Shown: piece after piece, positions 27,200-38,687 of the stretch | Layout: every line of letters starts with the position of its first letter | Position numbering within the stretch: the first letter of the stretch is position 1 | DNA from: Chlorokybus atmophyticus | Taxonomy: Eukaryota; Plantae; Mesostigma and Chlorokybus algae | NCBI GenBank assembly: GCA_009103225.1 | Contig: RHPI01002503.1 | Coordinates: 498,202 to 562,201 of the forward strand | Reading direction: 5' to 3' | Length of the DNA stretch: 64,000 nt | Notes under the pieces: model-generated | Told to the model about the DNA's origin: nothing | Database searches by the model: none | What the model saw: only the letters and a program-made list of their open reading frames with translations | Program-made: the position numbers and the translations under genes

Positions 27200-29579
27200 A
27201 TGCAGCTGTGCAGCGCCATTGCGGCGCAGTGCGCATCCGCATGTTCCGCTGCGGCTCCAGCGGCTGGGGCAGCTGTCACCGGGAGGAGGGCTGAACGGGT
27301 GAGCCTGGTAGCAGCAGTGCCAACGAAAGATCTGCTTTCCGCTCTGTTTGCTGCTTGGCACTGTGTGTTCAGCAGTCGCAGCATGCACTGCCGGTTGTTT
27401 GACGCTCCGGCTATGTGCACGCAGGGGACAGGACGGTGTCCAGCCGCAATCCCCCAGGCAAGGACAGGTACGTCAGTACGCTTGGTTTGAAAGGACTTGT
27501 TACGTTGCGTCATTGCGCACAAACAAGCTTTTTCTTTCAATTGGGCTTAGTAGAGTGTACGTCCAATGCAGTCGCGTAAACGGCAGTTGCCACGACACCC
27601 TGCATGCACAATGCACAGAGGCTGACTTGCACTCTGCCTGTGGGATTATATGTGTCGTCTCCTGCAGCGTTTTCTGGCGCCAAGTTGAGGCTGCGCAAAC
27701 ACCACGCCACTGTGACGGTGCAAAGGCGGCCGCTCGATGTGGTTGCGGCCGTGGCGCCGGCAGCAGCTGCCACAAGCACGCTGCTGTCAGCTATCCAGGA
27801 GCACACGCAAGTTGTACCAGGTGGATATTGCAATATTGCTCCATGTCACTCATGGCAACCACACTCATGGAATGCGTGAAGCACATGACAATAACAGCAT
27901 GAGCACATGTATCATGCAGCACGGCATGCATGTTTACTAGCATTGCTTTATAGCAGCCTCAGCAGCACAGCTGTTTGCATGGATGGGCACGCGACTGCAC
28001 GAATCTGTCACATGCAAGCTTTGTGCACATCGGCTGGCCGGCTGATTGATTGTTGCAATCTGAACAGATACCTTTGCGTTGGATGACTTCGCACGCTACC
28101 GGCCCGAGGCGGGCATCGTGAGCTCTCGGACGGTGTTGCAGGCGTCGTGTGACGGCCCGCAGTGGGGTGGCGTCGTGCAGAGCGCGCTGTCGTATGCCGA
28201 GTGCCAGCTGGAAGAGTCCAGGGAGGACATGTTCTCCTGCTTCGAAGACAAGCTGTTTGTCAACTTTGGCGCGGAGATTGCTGCCAAGGTGTCAGGCCGC
28301 GTGTCCACTGAGGTTGATCCCGTCTCTGTTCGCGACACTGCCAAGGTGTGTGCATGCGCGGCAACATGCCTGCTGCCATGAAGTGCGCTTGATCTAGCCA
28401 TGCTCAGATGGGGTTGGGTCATGCAATGTATCATAGCCACATCACCGTTACAAGCAAGCTGCTTTCTATCAGTTGCATATCAATTGTGCGCAACCATAAA
28501 CAAGCTTGTGAGAGCCAGTTGGCTTGACTCCTCGGATTACGAACGCTCTATGCAGTGCGTGGCGAGAGGCAAGCGCATCGCTCAGCTGTATTCTGATATG
28601 GGCGTTGAGAAGGACAAGTATTTGCTCAAGATCCCTGCAACCTGGGAAGGCATTCAGGTACCAAGCTCGATGCCATTGAAGTATCCAACCATCACTTGCT
28701 GACTGCAGTCACATATATGCCGTGCGCAAGCATTCATGGTGATTAGCATTGATCTCAACTGCTATCTGTTTGTTAGGCAGCAAAGCAGCTGGAGGCTGAA
28801 GGCATCCAATGTCACATGACACTGGTGTACTCGCTGGTTCAGGCTGCAGCCTGTGCACAGGTGCGTGCCGATCAATCAGAGTTCATGCAATGCTGAACAT
28901 CATCAAGCTCAGTCAAACTCTCATAGTAACTCTCATAGTAACTTCGCTTTGGTCGCTGCAGGCAGGGTGTTCTGTCATTCAGCCAATGGTTGGACGTACC
29001 GACGACTGGTCTCAGCGCAGCGGCGGCAAGTTGGGCGTGGGCATACAGCTGGCGAAGGACGTCTACAACTACTGCAAGAAGTTTGGCAAAGATTGCAAGG
29101 TGTGTGGGTCACACACAGGCATGGAGAGCAAGCAGCAGCGACTGCCTGCTGATGTATTGTCTATTGGCAGATCATGGTTGCCAGCCTGCGCAATGTTGAG
29201 CAAGTGATGGAGTTGGTGGGAGTGGACTACCTCGTCGTGTCCCCGAAGCTGTTGGACATGCTTTCGTCGAGTCCATCCAAGCCTCTCCCGAGGAAGTTGA
29301 GCTTGCAGAACGCAAAAGACAGCGGCATGAAAGAGATGAAGGTCAGTCATTTGCTTGTGGTCGTCTGTGTCTAGGTCCATGCGCATGTGCCAAAGAAAGT
29401 ACACTCTGACTGTTTGCCTTGTGCGCTCATTGCAGGTGGATGAAAAGCAGTTTGCTGCCCACATGAAGGAGGACAACCTTGCTCAGGAGTTGCTGAACGC
29501 GGGTATGAAGACTTACAATGAAGACCATGAGCGCCTGGTGCAGGACTTGGCCAAGATGTACCCAGCTGCAAACAACTAA
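27200..29579 (+). CDS. Transaldolase-like protein (At1g12230-type, non-canonical), putative plastid transit peptide
   Basis: [22 protein letters not shown]...[12 protein letters not shown]...GRVSTEVD...[11 protein letters not shown] (Schiff-base Lys)...[24 protein letters not shown]...MVASLRN...GVDYLVVSP; ends ...MYPAANN*. Confidence 0.9.
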
Positions 29580-29641
29580 TCGCAGTACAGCTACAATGCA
29601 CCTTGTAAATAACGGGGGGGGGCCTAGCACACCTGCTGTCN

Positions 29642-32574
29642 TAACTAATTGATAATTAGCTCATTTTTTCTTCAACCATACATACAAGTAAGGTCGCAAA
29701 TGCGTTGTACTTATATGTGAACAAGAACACGCAACACTTCGTTAATAAGGTTGCCTAAATGATGGAGGGGGTATCATCGGTTTTGAATGTCGTCATCAAT
29801 TACTATGTGTAGATTGCTTGCTGACATGCTGATGCACGCATATATATGGCAATACTGCCAACAATAGAAGGAGAGCAAGAGCACGAGTGAGGTGAGTGTG
29901 GTACTGCATGCTGATACAAGTAATGAGGCATGATGAGAGCGGTGCGAGTAAAGTTGTGGCATGGTGTCAGCGTGTCACTGCGCGCACATACTTCTACTGC
30001 GCCCCCTTGAGTATCTATGAACGCCAACCCGCGCACACGCTCGCGCGTGCATACTTGAGCACACACGCTCGCACATGTGCGGATGTGTGTGCGCATATGC
30101 GCAAAGCGTGTAGCAGCTACCCACGCATGCACGCGCACGCACACATCATGTGCTGTGCACGCTACCAACGATGCAAGCTTTGTTACCACCATGCATACGC
30201 TTGACAGCTTGCTCTCTATATCAGCATGTGCAAATAACATGAACGCATCATGCATTGATTGCGCGTGTCGTTGCTTTGGTGTGGCTGTCATCGTTCTAGT
30301 TTGCAGTACACTCTACATGCACACAACCACAATATACCTAGACTACATACGTGTACTACAACTGAGCCAATTCAGGCTATCCCCTGGCACGGATGTTGCA
30401 TTGGCAAAGCATGGTCAAAAAATGACAGAACATGAATGAACACGAGAAAAAAAACTACAAGACTGTCAGTATACCAGTACTATCCTCACAATACCCCTCT
30501 CCCCTCTTTATGCAATGTTGACACCGCCACAAATGTTATGTCCACCTTATTGTCCGATACCAACTAATCCAAACTCTGCCACATAACGTTCTACCACACA
30601 CGTGTTGTTGACCGCAGCAAAGATGTTGAAGTGAAGGGTGGGTGAGGGTGGGTGTGGGTGGGAGCATATGTGCATGCGTACATACAGCCAACCTTCAGAT
30701 CTATGCGTGCGAGTGAGTGAATGTGGGCATTAGTGTATGCACTGCATGTGTACACTGCGCACATGCTTTTGTGTAGGCATGCAAGCTGCAGACTCACATG
30801 CGCATATGTGTCCTTGCGTGCATACGCATGAGCATCTCCCTGGTGCATATTTATATCGGGCCGCACCCCCTCACACAACACTCACCGCCAATGTTGAGAG
30901 TGACATCGTATGTCGTAGCATTGGACTGAACGGGAATATATATAGTAGTAGTATATAGTCTGAGCACCTACATTGGCACACACACGCCTACACACCTGCT
31001 GCCAATGGTGAGCAGAAACTCCTGGCGGCGACGTTGGGGAAGGAGGTTGAAAGGTTGGGTGTTTCTTTTTGGGGAGGGGGAGATACAAGTGTACGTGAAA
31101 GAGAGCGAGAAAGGCAGGTGCATACACATGCAGTCGAAGTACTACTATGTAACTGCATTGACACATGGCTGCGTGCACGCGCGTATACAGCATGGCTATG
31201 CATGCTTACACGTATACACCTGTACAGACTTACATTACAGTTATTGACAGTGTGTACAAGGAGTGTTTTACAGCACAACTATGTATACAATACCACATGC
31301 GTGGCTTTGTGTACTGGAAATATCCAGGGCTCTGCGAGGTTGTTTTGGGGGTGAGAGGGTGAGAGCACAGATATGCACAAGACAGACACGCCTGTGCGTA
31401 AACATGTACACACGTGCCCGCTCGCACATTTGCATGCGTTGTCGTGTGCGTATGCATGCATGAGCGTGTGCATGTAGGCGCACGCACGTGCACATGCACA
31501 CAAGCGTCTGGGCATATGTGCCTGCATGTCAATGAGAGTGTGCTCGTGTAAATATATGGGGGCGCAAATACTGTGTATATGCAATAACCTTGCCGGTGCG
31601 CTCTTATCGCGGCGTATTTTTGGCATGTGTTAATTGGACAACGTGGTCGGCCGGCAACGACAGCAGCCAGCACACACAAGGCACCTTGGCAGCACAGCAT
31701 GCAACACGTGCTGCAGAGGAAAGGCAATGGCATGCACTGTGCAACCAAACAAGGCAGCAACATCACATATCTGAACATGAACATGAAGTTGGTTAGCATA
31801 TGCAAGTCAAAAGCGCCTCACGGTGAGGCCCTCACCTGCACGCACATATGCAACTGTGCTGTTACTCAACATAGGACGCTAGCTTCCATAGCAACACGCG
31901 CAGCCTGGGGTAACTGCTAGCTGACTCAGTGTGCCAGGCAGAGTGGAAGCGTCACTACCTGGGTGGGTAACCGCAGGTTGGAAGCCAGGTTGTGCCTGCA
32001 ATTTCAGTGGTACTGTGTGCACTACAGCCTGCGTATGTGCTTTCATGAGAACCAATGAGACCAAGTATCCCCATACACAGGTGTACAGGCAATGATACAT
32101 GTGCTCACCCCACTTACATCCCATGAGCCAACACGTCTTGCTCAAATACACTCCTACAACTGGATATATGTACACATAAACCGCTGACATTCACCAGCCA
32201 GTAACAGCACTGCTTATTGCTCAAACTCTACAGACGGAACAAGTCAATGCTCAGCGAGGAGCAAGCATGGGCTGCAAGCGCTAGTTCGGTGCTTCCTGCA
32301 ATGGTGTAACTGTTACCCTCCATCTCCGCAGTGATAGCAACGACGGTTTCGTTGTCTTTCAACTCGTTGCCGACTAACCACAACACTTGCTCAACGCCCT
32401 TGGAACCCGCCGCTTGCAATGCATGTGTCAAAGTCACTCTGTCAACGGACGTCTGCTGGACTTTGCGCTTGCCTCGCTTTACTGATATCTGCAATTGAAA
32501 ACAACAAATGCGCTAAGCAACAACTGAGTGTGGGTAACCAAAACCTGTTGCATTCGTTTACATGACCTTACAGA

Positions 32575-32576
<2 letters not shown>
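29642..32576. repeat. Copy 1 of a 2,935-bp direct duplication (probably misplaced assembly copy)
   Basis: Every ORF here recurs at +6,111 with identical translation. Bounded by a single N (29641) and an (AT)n tract. Confidence 0.95.
32228..32488 (-). pseudogene. Orphan duplicate of the last exon of the 38339-39910 gene, without its upstream exons
   Basis: Same translation as 38339-38599 (ISVKRGKRKVQQ...SIDLFRL*). The duplicated block ends before the preceding exon. Confidence 0.75.

Positions 32577-32605
<29 letters not shown>
32577..32605. repeat. (AT)n microsatellite at the duplication junction
   Basis: Perfect AT run directly after the end of copy 1. Confidence 0.95.
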
Positions 32606-32621
32606 ACGCTGGGGGGCCTAC

Positions 32622-32872
32622 CAGCCGCAGAGAAGTACGCGACCCCACGCGCACGGACCTCGTTGACAGCTTGCGCGATGATCCCGTTCTGCACACGCAT
32701 TTGTTCGTTCACACACACACACAACAACAATATTCGGACACTCCCCTGCTACTACTTCTTGGAAAAACACCTACTTGAAACATGGGCTCGTTGAAGAACA
32801 CGATGTCGTCCACAATGACGCGACATCCCGCGTCCGCCAACCTGACACCGGACACTCTAGGTCAACCCCAAT

Positions 32873-32920
<48 letters not shown>

Positions 32921-34482
32921 GCACTCACTCTCGTATTCCGTTTGCAAAGTCTGCGTCGCCAGCGACGGCGGTGTGGAAGGCGAGGTCCGCGTCGGGGGCG
33001 ACGGCGTGGACCACCTGGAGCATCGCGCGGCCCTCGTCCGAGGCGGGAACTGCACTCACTCGTTGTTGGTGAAAGTTGTTGTTGTTGTTGTTGATGAAGT
33101 TGTTTCGTCAAGTCAGTCAGTTTGCTTATTTTGCTTATGGATCTTGGGCCAGACATGCCATACGACGAAGCGTATGGCATGTTTAAAGAGACAATGTGCT
33201 GATGCTGATACCGACTTTGCGTGCGCGTGCGTATGCGCGTGCGTGCTTTAGCCCCTCACGACTATGACATGTGCGTGCACTCACCGGAGTCAGCCAACAC
33301 CTGCACACCCTTTGGAAGCGCGTTGGCCACTACGTCAGCGGCGTATCCTCCCAAACTACGAAGCAACATAGCATCATCATCATCATACCCCCCAGAACAA
33401 AAGCACAAAGCCAGACACAAGTGGTACGCAACGGCATCGTTAGCACGGTAGGAAAGCTGACGTGAGTAACGTGTGTGGTTGTGTGTGAGTTAGTAAGAGC
33501 AGCCACCTGTTGAACGAGTCGGAGAGCACCCCCACTTTCACCGGGCGCCGCCAGCTGCCTTGCAACTTGAGCGATACAGACATCGCCCGAGAGCCTTGTC
33601 TGCTTTGCTGCGTGTGTGGGTATGTGTGGGTAGGGGGGTTAGCAAGCGTGTGTGTGAGTCACACATACGGCAACCCACCCACGCAACACATGGATTGTCG
33701 GTTGTTGATGCAATGGGATGCGAACCTGTTTGGCGGTGTGCAAGCTCTCGCGTATGAGGTGCAGGCATTTGCAGCTCTCCAGCTGCCAGCCAGGTGGGTG
33801 AGTGTGACTGACACACACACACACACACACACACACAGTCAGAGTGTCCCTCTTTCCCACCTGAGAGATTTTACTCATGGGCAGCCAGCCTGACACGACT
33901 CGCCCAACAAACGCAATGTCCTCGCCCCCGAGACTTCCCAACTCGCGTGCCAGGTCCTCGGCAGAACATCCTTCCACAGCAGCTGCAGACATGCACGTGT
34001 TGTGTGCATTTGTTTATATAACAACCACACAACAAAGAACACCTGCTCTACCCCCGTACCCTGTCATACACGTACGCACACGCGCCATGCGTGTGTGAGA
34101 TGAGAGGAGACAGACAAGAACAGCATTATTAATGTCGAGAAGATAAGCATAAGATAAACCATATCAATGGCAACGCGTGTATTTGCAACATCAACAAAAA
34201 ACAATGTCGCAAGTGGGTTTCTGCGTGCAATAATCAGCATATGATACCTGCGGAGAAGCGCACTTGGTCGCCGCGGATGTGAGAGCGCCGGGCGGCACTT
34301 CTTCTGGACTTCTGTGCTTGTTCTTCTTCTTCTTTGGTGATTGGTTGTTGTGTTTGTTGCTGTTGTTGTGCGAGCGCCTGAAGGCCTGAGCTGATGGAGG
34401 GTTGTTGTTGCGCCACCACCTGATGCTGCTGGTGTGCAGCTACACACAACAGCAGCAGGAATAAAATAGCAGCTGGCGCCAT
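32622..34482 (-). CDS. Secreted subtilase-fold S8/S53-like protease of bacterial DEGRAM type; 3'-truncated at the duplication junction
   Basis: Signal peptide MAPAAILFLLLLCVAA; prodomain GRVVSGWLP; QGSRAM...VKVGVLSDSFN-RSLGGYAADV...DEGRAMLQVVHAVAPDADLAFHTA..G.ADFANGI-LADAGCRVIVDDIVFFNEPMFQ-NGIIAQAV....GVAYFSAAG. The GTS catalytic-Ser segment is not found in the window. Confidence 0.88.
32874..32917. repeat. (CA)n microsatellite in a protease intron; similar tracts at 33811-33837 and 34504-34541
   Basis: Direct reading of the sequence. Confidence 0.95.
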
Positions 34483-34502
34483 GCTGATTGCTGGTGGAGA
34501 GA

Positions 34503-34545
<43 letters not shown>

Positions 34546-35263
34546 ACGCATGATGATCGTCATTGTTGTTGTGCAGCAGGGACACACACGAAGCATGCAT
34601 ATGCGGGTGCAGGTGGTAAAGAGGAGGAGGAGGAGCGGGGAGACCTACCTACAGCCACAGAACAACAGCAGCCAAGGACATGCCTGCCTGCATGTATGCG
34701 CATGTAGCTGTGTGCATAGCTAGCTATGGGCTCACACACCTTGCAGCAGGCAGAGAAGGAAGAAGGAAGGAAGAGAGCAACGACCACAACAACAACAACT
34801 ACTACTTGCTGCTACATGCCACAGCACAGAATGCGCTTAAGACGAACGCCCAGCCGGCTGAGCAATGCACATCACGACGCTGTGTGGATGCTGCAACACA
34901 CACACAATGCAACCTGCATCATTCCGTATACAGACACACACACAGCTCGGTCCTGGTTTACGGACAGAGCGACAGCGACGGGTAATGGCGGTGCGTGCCA
35001 CGCTTTCTTTCGTTCTCTCTCGAGAAAATCAAAGAACAGGCATATTACAGGATCTCAACCTGCTGTGTATCGTGAGCTACCGATACATGTGTGAAGTATC
35101 TTGTATCAGTGAACTGACACAATTAAGTCAGAACGCAATACGATAACCAAGTCTTGGGTGGGACAATGACCACGTCAAACGTAGTTAGTAGAAATTGTCA
35201 GTTTGTCAATAAGTAAAAATGTTTGCGTTGAGAAACTATTATCACAACGACGCATCGAGGTTT

Positions 35264-35410
35264 TGGGACTACGCATTGGGACTACGCATTGGGACTACGT
35301 AGTCTGTGTTGGGTAACGCAACACAGACTCTTCCGTTCCGTTCAGTGGGGCAGCTCCTTCCTTCCGTGTACAACTACCTGCCTGTAGGAAGGGGCAGGGA
35401 ACTTCCCTGC
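35264..35410. other. Cluster of a 13-bp tandem repeat and two perfect inverted repeats
   Basis: TGGGACTACGCAT x2 plus a partial unit (35264-35300); AGTCTGTGTTG/CAACACAGACT stem (35301-35329); GCAGGGAA-C-TTCCCTGC palindrome (35394-35410). Confidence 0.8.
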
Positions 35411-35752
35411 GGGAAGGGGAAGTGGCCTACCGTATAGCCGTACATGCACTACAGCTCAAAGTTCATGCGAAAACTTTTGTTGGGATTTTCAAGAATTATA
35501 GCTGTATTGCAAGAGAGTGCCGTATGCATGTTACAATTAAAGCGTGGTATATATCAACAAATACGATGTGATTATATACCAATTAATATTGCTACGTCGC
35601 GAACGAGCACTACAATTACCTCACATCAATTATTATACCGTGTCAATACGATACAAGTGTAAGCGAGTACAATAATGACATGTAAATAGCGCAATATTCA
35701 CTCATTATCTATTATACATTTCCAGTTAGCATAGAGAAACACTTTGCATGTA

Positions 35753-38687
35753 TAACTAATTGATAATTAGCTCATTTTTTCTTCAACCATACATACAAGT
35801 AAGGTCGCAAATGCGTTGTACTTATATGTGAACAAGAACACGCAACACTTCGTTAATAAGGTTGCCTAAATGATGGAGGGGGTATCATCGGTTTTGAATG
35901 TCGTCATCAATTACTATGTGTAGATTGCTTGCTGACATGCTGATGCACGCATATATATGGCAATACTGCCAACAATAGAAGGAGAGCAAGAGCACGAGTG
36001 AGGTGAGTGTGGTACTGCATGCTGATACAAGTAATGAGGCATGATGAGAGCGGTGCGAGTAAAGTTGTGGCATGGTGTCAGCGTGTCACTGCGCGCACAT
36101 ACTTCTACTGCGCCCCCTTGAGTATCTATGAACGCCAACCCGCGCACACGCTCGCGCGTGCATACTTGAGCACACACGCTCGCACATGTGCGGATGTGTG
36201 TGCGCATATGCGCAAAGCGTGTAGCAGCTACCCACGCATGCACGCGCACGCACACATCATGTGCTGTGCACGCTACCAACGATGCAAGCTTTGTTACCAC
36301 CATGCATACGCTTGACAGCTTGCTCTCTATATCAGCATGTGCAAATAACATGAACGCATCATGCATTGATTGCGCGTGTCGTTGCTTTGGTGTGGCTGTC
36401 ATCGTTCTAGTTTGCAGTACACTCTACATGCACACAACCACAATATACCTAGACTACATACGTGTACTACAACTGAGCCAATTCAGGCTATCCCCTGGCA
36501 CGGATGTTGCATTGGCAAAGCATGGTCAAAAAATGACAGAACATGAATGAACACGAGAAAAAAAACTACAAGACTGTCAGTATACCAGTACTATCCTCAC
36601 AATACCCCTCTCCCCTCTTTATGCAATGTTGACACCGCCACAAATGTTATGTCCACCTTATTGTCCGATACCAACTAATCCAAACTCTGCCACATAACGT
36701 TCTACCACACACGTGTTGTTGACCGCAGCAAAGATGTTGAAGTGAAGGGTGGGTGAGGGTGGGTGTGGGTGGGAGCATATGTGCATGCGTACATACAGCC
36801 AACCTTCAGATCTATGCGTGCGAGTGAGTGAATGTGGGCATTAGTGTATGCACTGCATGTGTACACTGCGCACATGCTTTTGTGTAGGCATGCAAGCTGC
36901 AGACTCACATGCGCATATGTGTCCTTGCGTGCATACGCATGAGCATCTCCCTGGTGCATATTTATATCGGGCCGCACCCCCTCACACAACACTCACCGCC
37001 AATGTTGAGAGTGACATCGTATGTCGTAGCATTGGACTGAACGGGAATATATATAGTAGTAGTATATAGTCTGAGCACCTACATTGGCACACACACGCCT
37101 ACACACCTGCTGCCAATGGTGAGCAGAAACTCCTGGCGGCGACGTTGGGGAAGGAGGTTGAAAGGTTGGGTGTTTCTTTTTGGGGAGGGGGAGATACAAG
37201 TGTACGTGAAAGAGAGCGAGAAAGGCAGGTGCATACACATGCAGTCGAAGTACTACTATGTAACTGCATTGACACATGGCTGCGTGCACGCGCGTATACA
37301 GCATGGCTATGCATGCTTACACGTATACACCTGTACAGACTTACATTACAGTTATTGACAGTGTGTACAAGGAGTGTTTTACAGCACAACTATGTATACA
37401 ATACCACATGCGTGGCTTTGTGTACTGGAAATATCCAGGGCTCTGCGAGGTTGTTTTGGGGGTGAGAGGGTGAGAGCACAGATATGCACAAGACAGACAC
37501 GCCTGTGCGTAAACATGTACACACGTGCCCGCTCGCACATTTGCATGCGTTGTCGTGTGCGTATGCATGCATGAGCGTGTGCATGTAGGCGCACGCACGT
37601 GCACATGCACACAAGCGTCTGGGCATATGTGCCTGCATGTCAATGAGAGTGTGCTCGTGTAAATATATGGGGGCGCAAATACTGTGTATATGCAATAACC
37701 TTGCCGGTGCGCTCTTATCGCGGCGTATTTTTGGCATGTGTTAATTGGACAACGTGGTCGGCCGGCAACGACAGCAGCCAGCACACACAAGGCACCTTGG
37801 CAGCACAGCATGCAACACGTGCTGCAGAGGAAAGGCAATGGCATGCACTGTGCAACCAAACAAGGCAGCAACATCACATATCTGAACATGAACATGAAGT
37901 TGGTTAGCATATGCAAGTCAAAAGCGCCTCACGGTGAGGCCCTCACCTGCACGCACATATGCAACTGTGCTGTTACTCAACATAGGACGCTAGCTTCCAT
38001 AGCAACACGCGCAGCCTGGGGTAACTGCTAGCTGACTCAGTGTGCCAGGCAGAGTGGAAGCGTCACTACCTGGGTGGGTAACCGCAGGTTGGAAGCCAGG
38101 TTGTGCCTGCAATTTCAGTGGTACTGTGTGCACTACAGCCTGCGTATGTGCTTTCATGAGAACCAATGAGACCAAGTATCCCCATACACAGGTGTACAGG
38201 CAATGATACATGTGCTCACCCCACTTACATCCCATGAGCCAACACGTCTTGCTCAAATACACTCCTACAACTGGATATATGTACACATAAACCGCTGACA
38301 TTCACCAGCCAGTAACAGCACTGCTTATTGCTCAAACTCTACAGACGGAACAAGTCAATGCTCAGCGAGGAGCAAGCATGGGCTGCAAGCGCTAGTTCGG
38401 TGCTTCCTGCAATGGTGTAACTGTTACCCTCCATCTCCGCAGTGATAGCAACGACGGTTTCGTTGTCTTTCAACTCGTTGCCGACTAACCACAACACTTG
38501 CTCAACGCCCTTGGAACCCGCCGCTTGCAATGCATGTGTCAAAGTCACTCTGTCAACGGACGTCTGCTGGACTTTGCGCTTGCCTCGCTTTACTGATATC
38601 TGCAATTGAAAACAACAAATGCGCTAAGCAACAACTGAGTGTGGGTAACCAAAACCTGTTGCATTCGTTTACATGACCTTACAGATG
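35753..38687. repeat. Copy 2 of the 2,935-bp duplication (probably the true location)
   Basis: Continuous with unique sequence on both sides and holds the last exon of the 38339-39910 gene in correct context. Confidence 0.95.

Noticed and set aside
29607-29626. ATAACG..GGGGGGCCTA similarity with 32603-32620, near both ends of duplicated copy 1
   Set aside because: Short, G-run based and imperfect. It does not behave as a target-site duplication and is better explained by contig-end problems.
29774-32190. Many His/Thr/Cys/Val-rich ORFs (also at 35885-38301 and in introns elsewhere)
   Set aside because: Translations of CA/TG-rich low-complexity DNA with no recognisable domain or consistent exon chain.
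35264-35300. Possible CRISPR-like repeat
   Set aside because: Units are directly adjacent with no spacers, only 13 bp long, and the context is eukaryotic.
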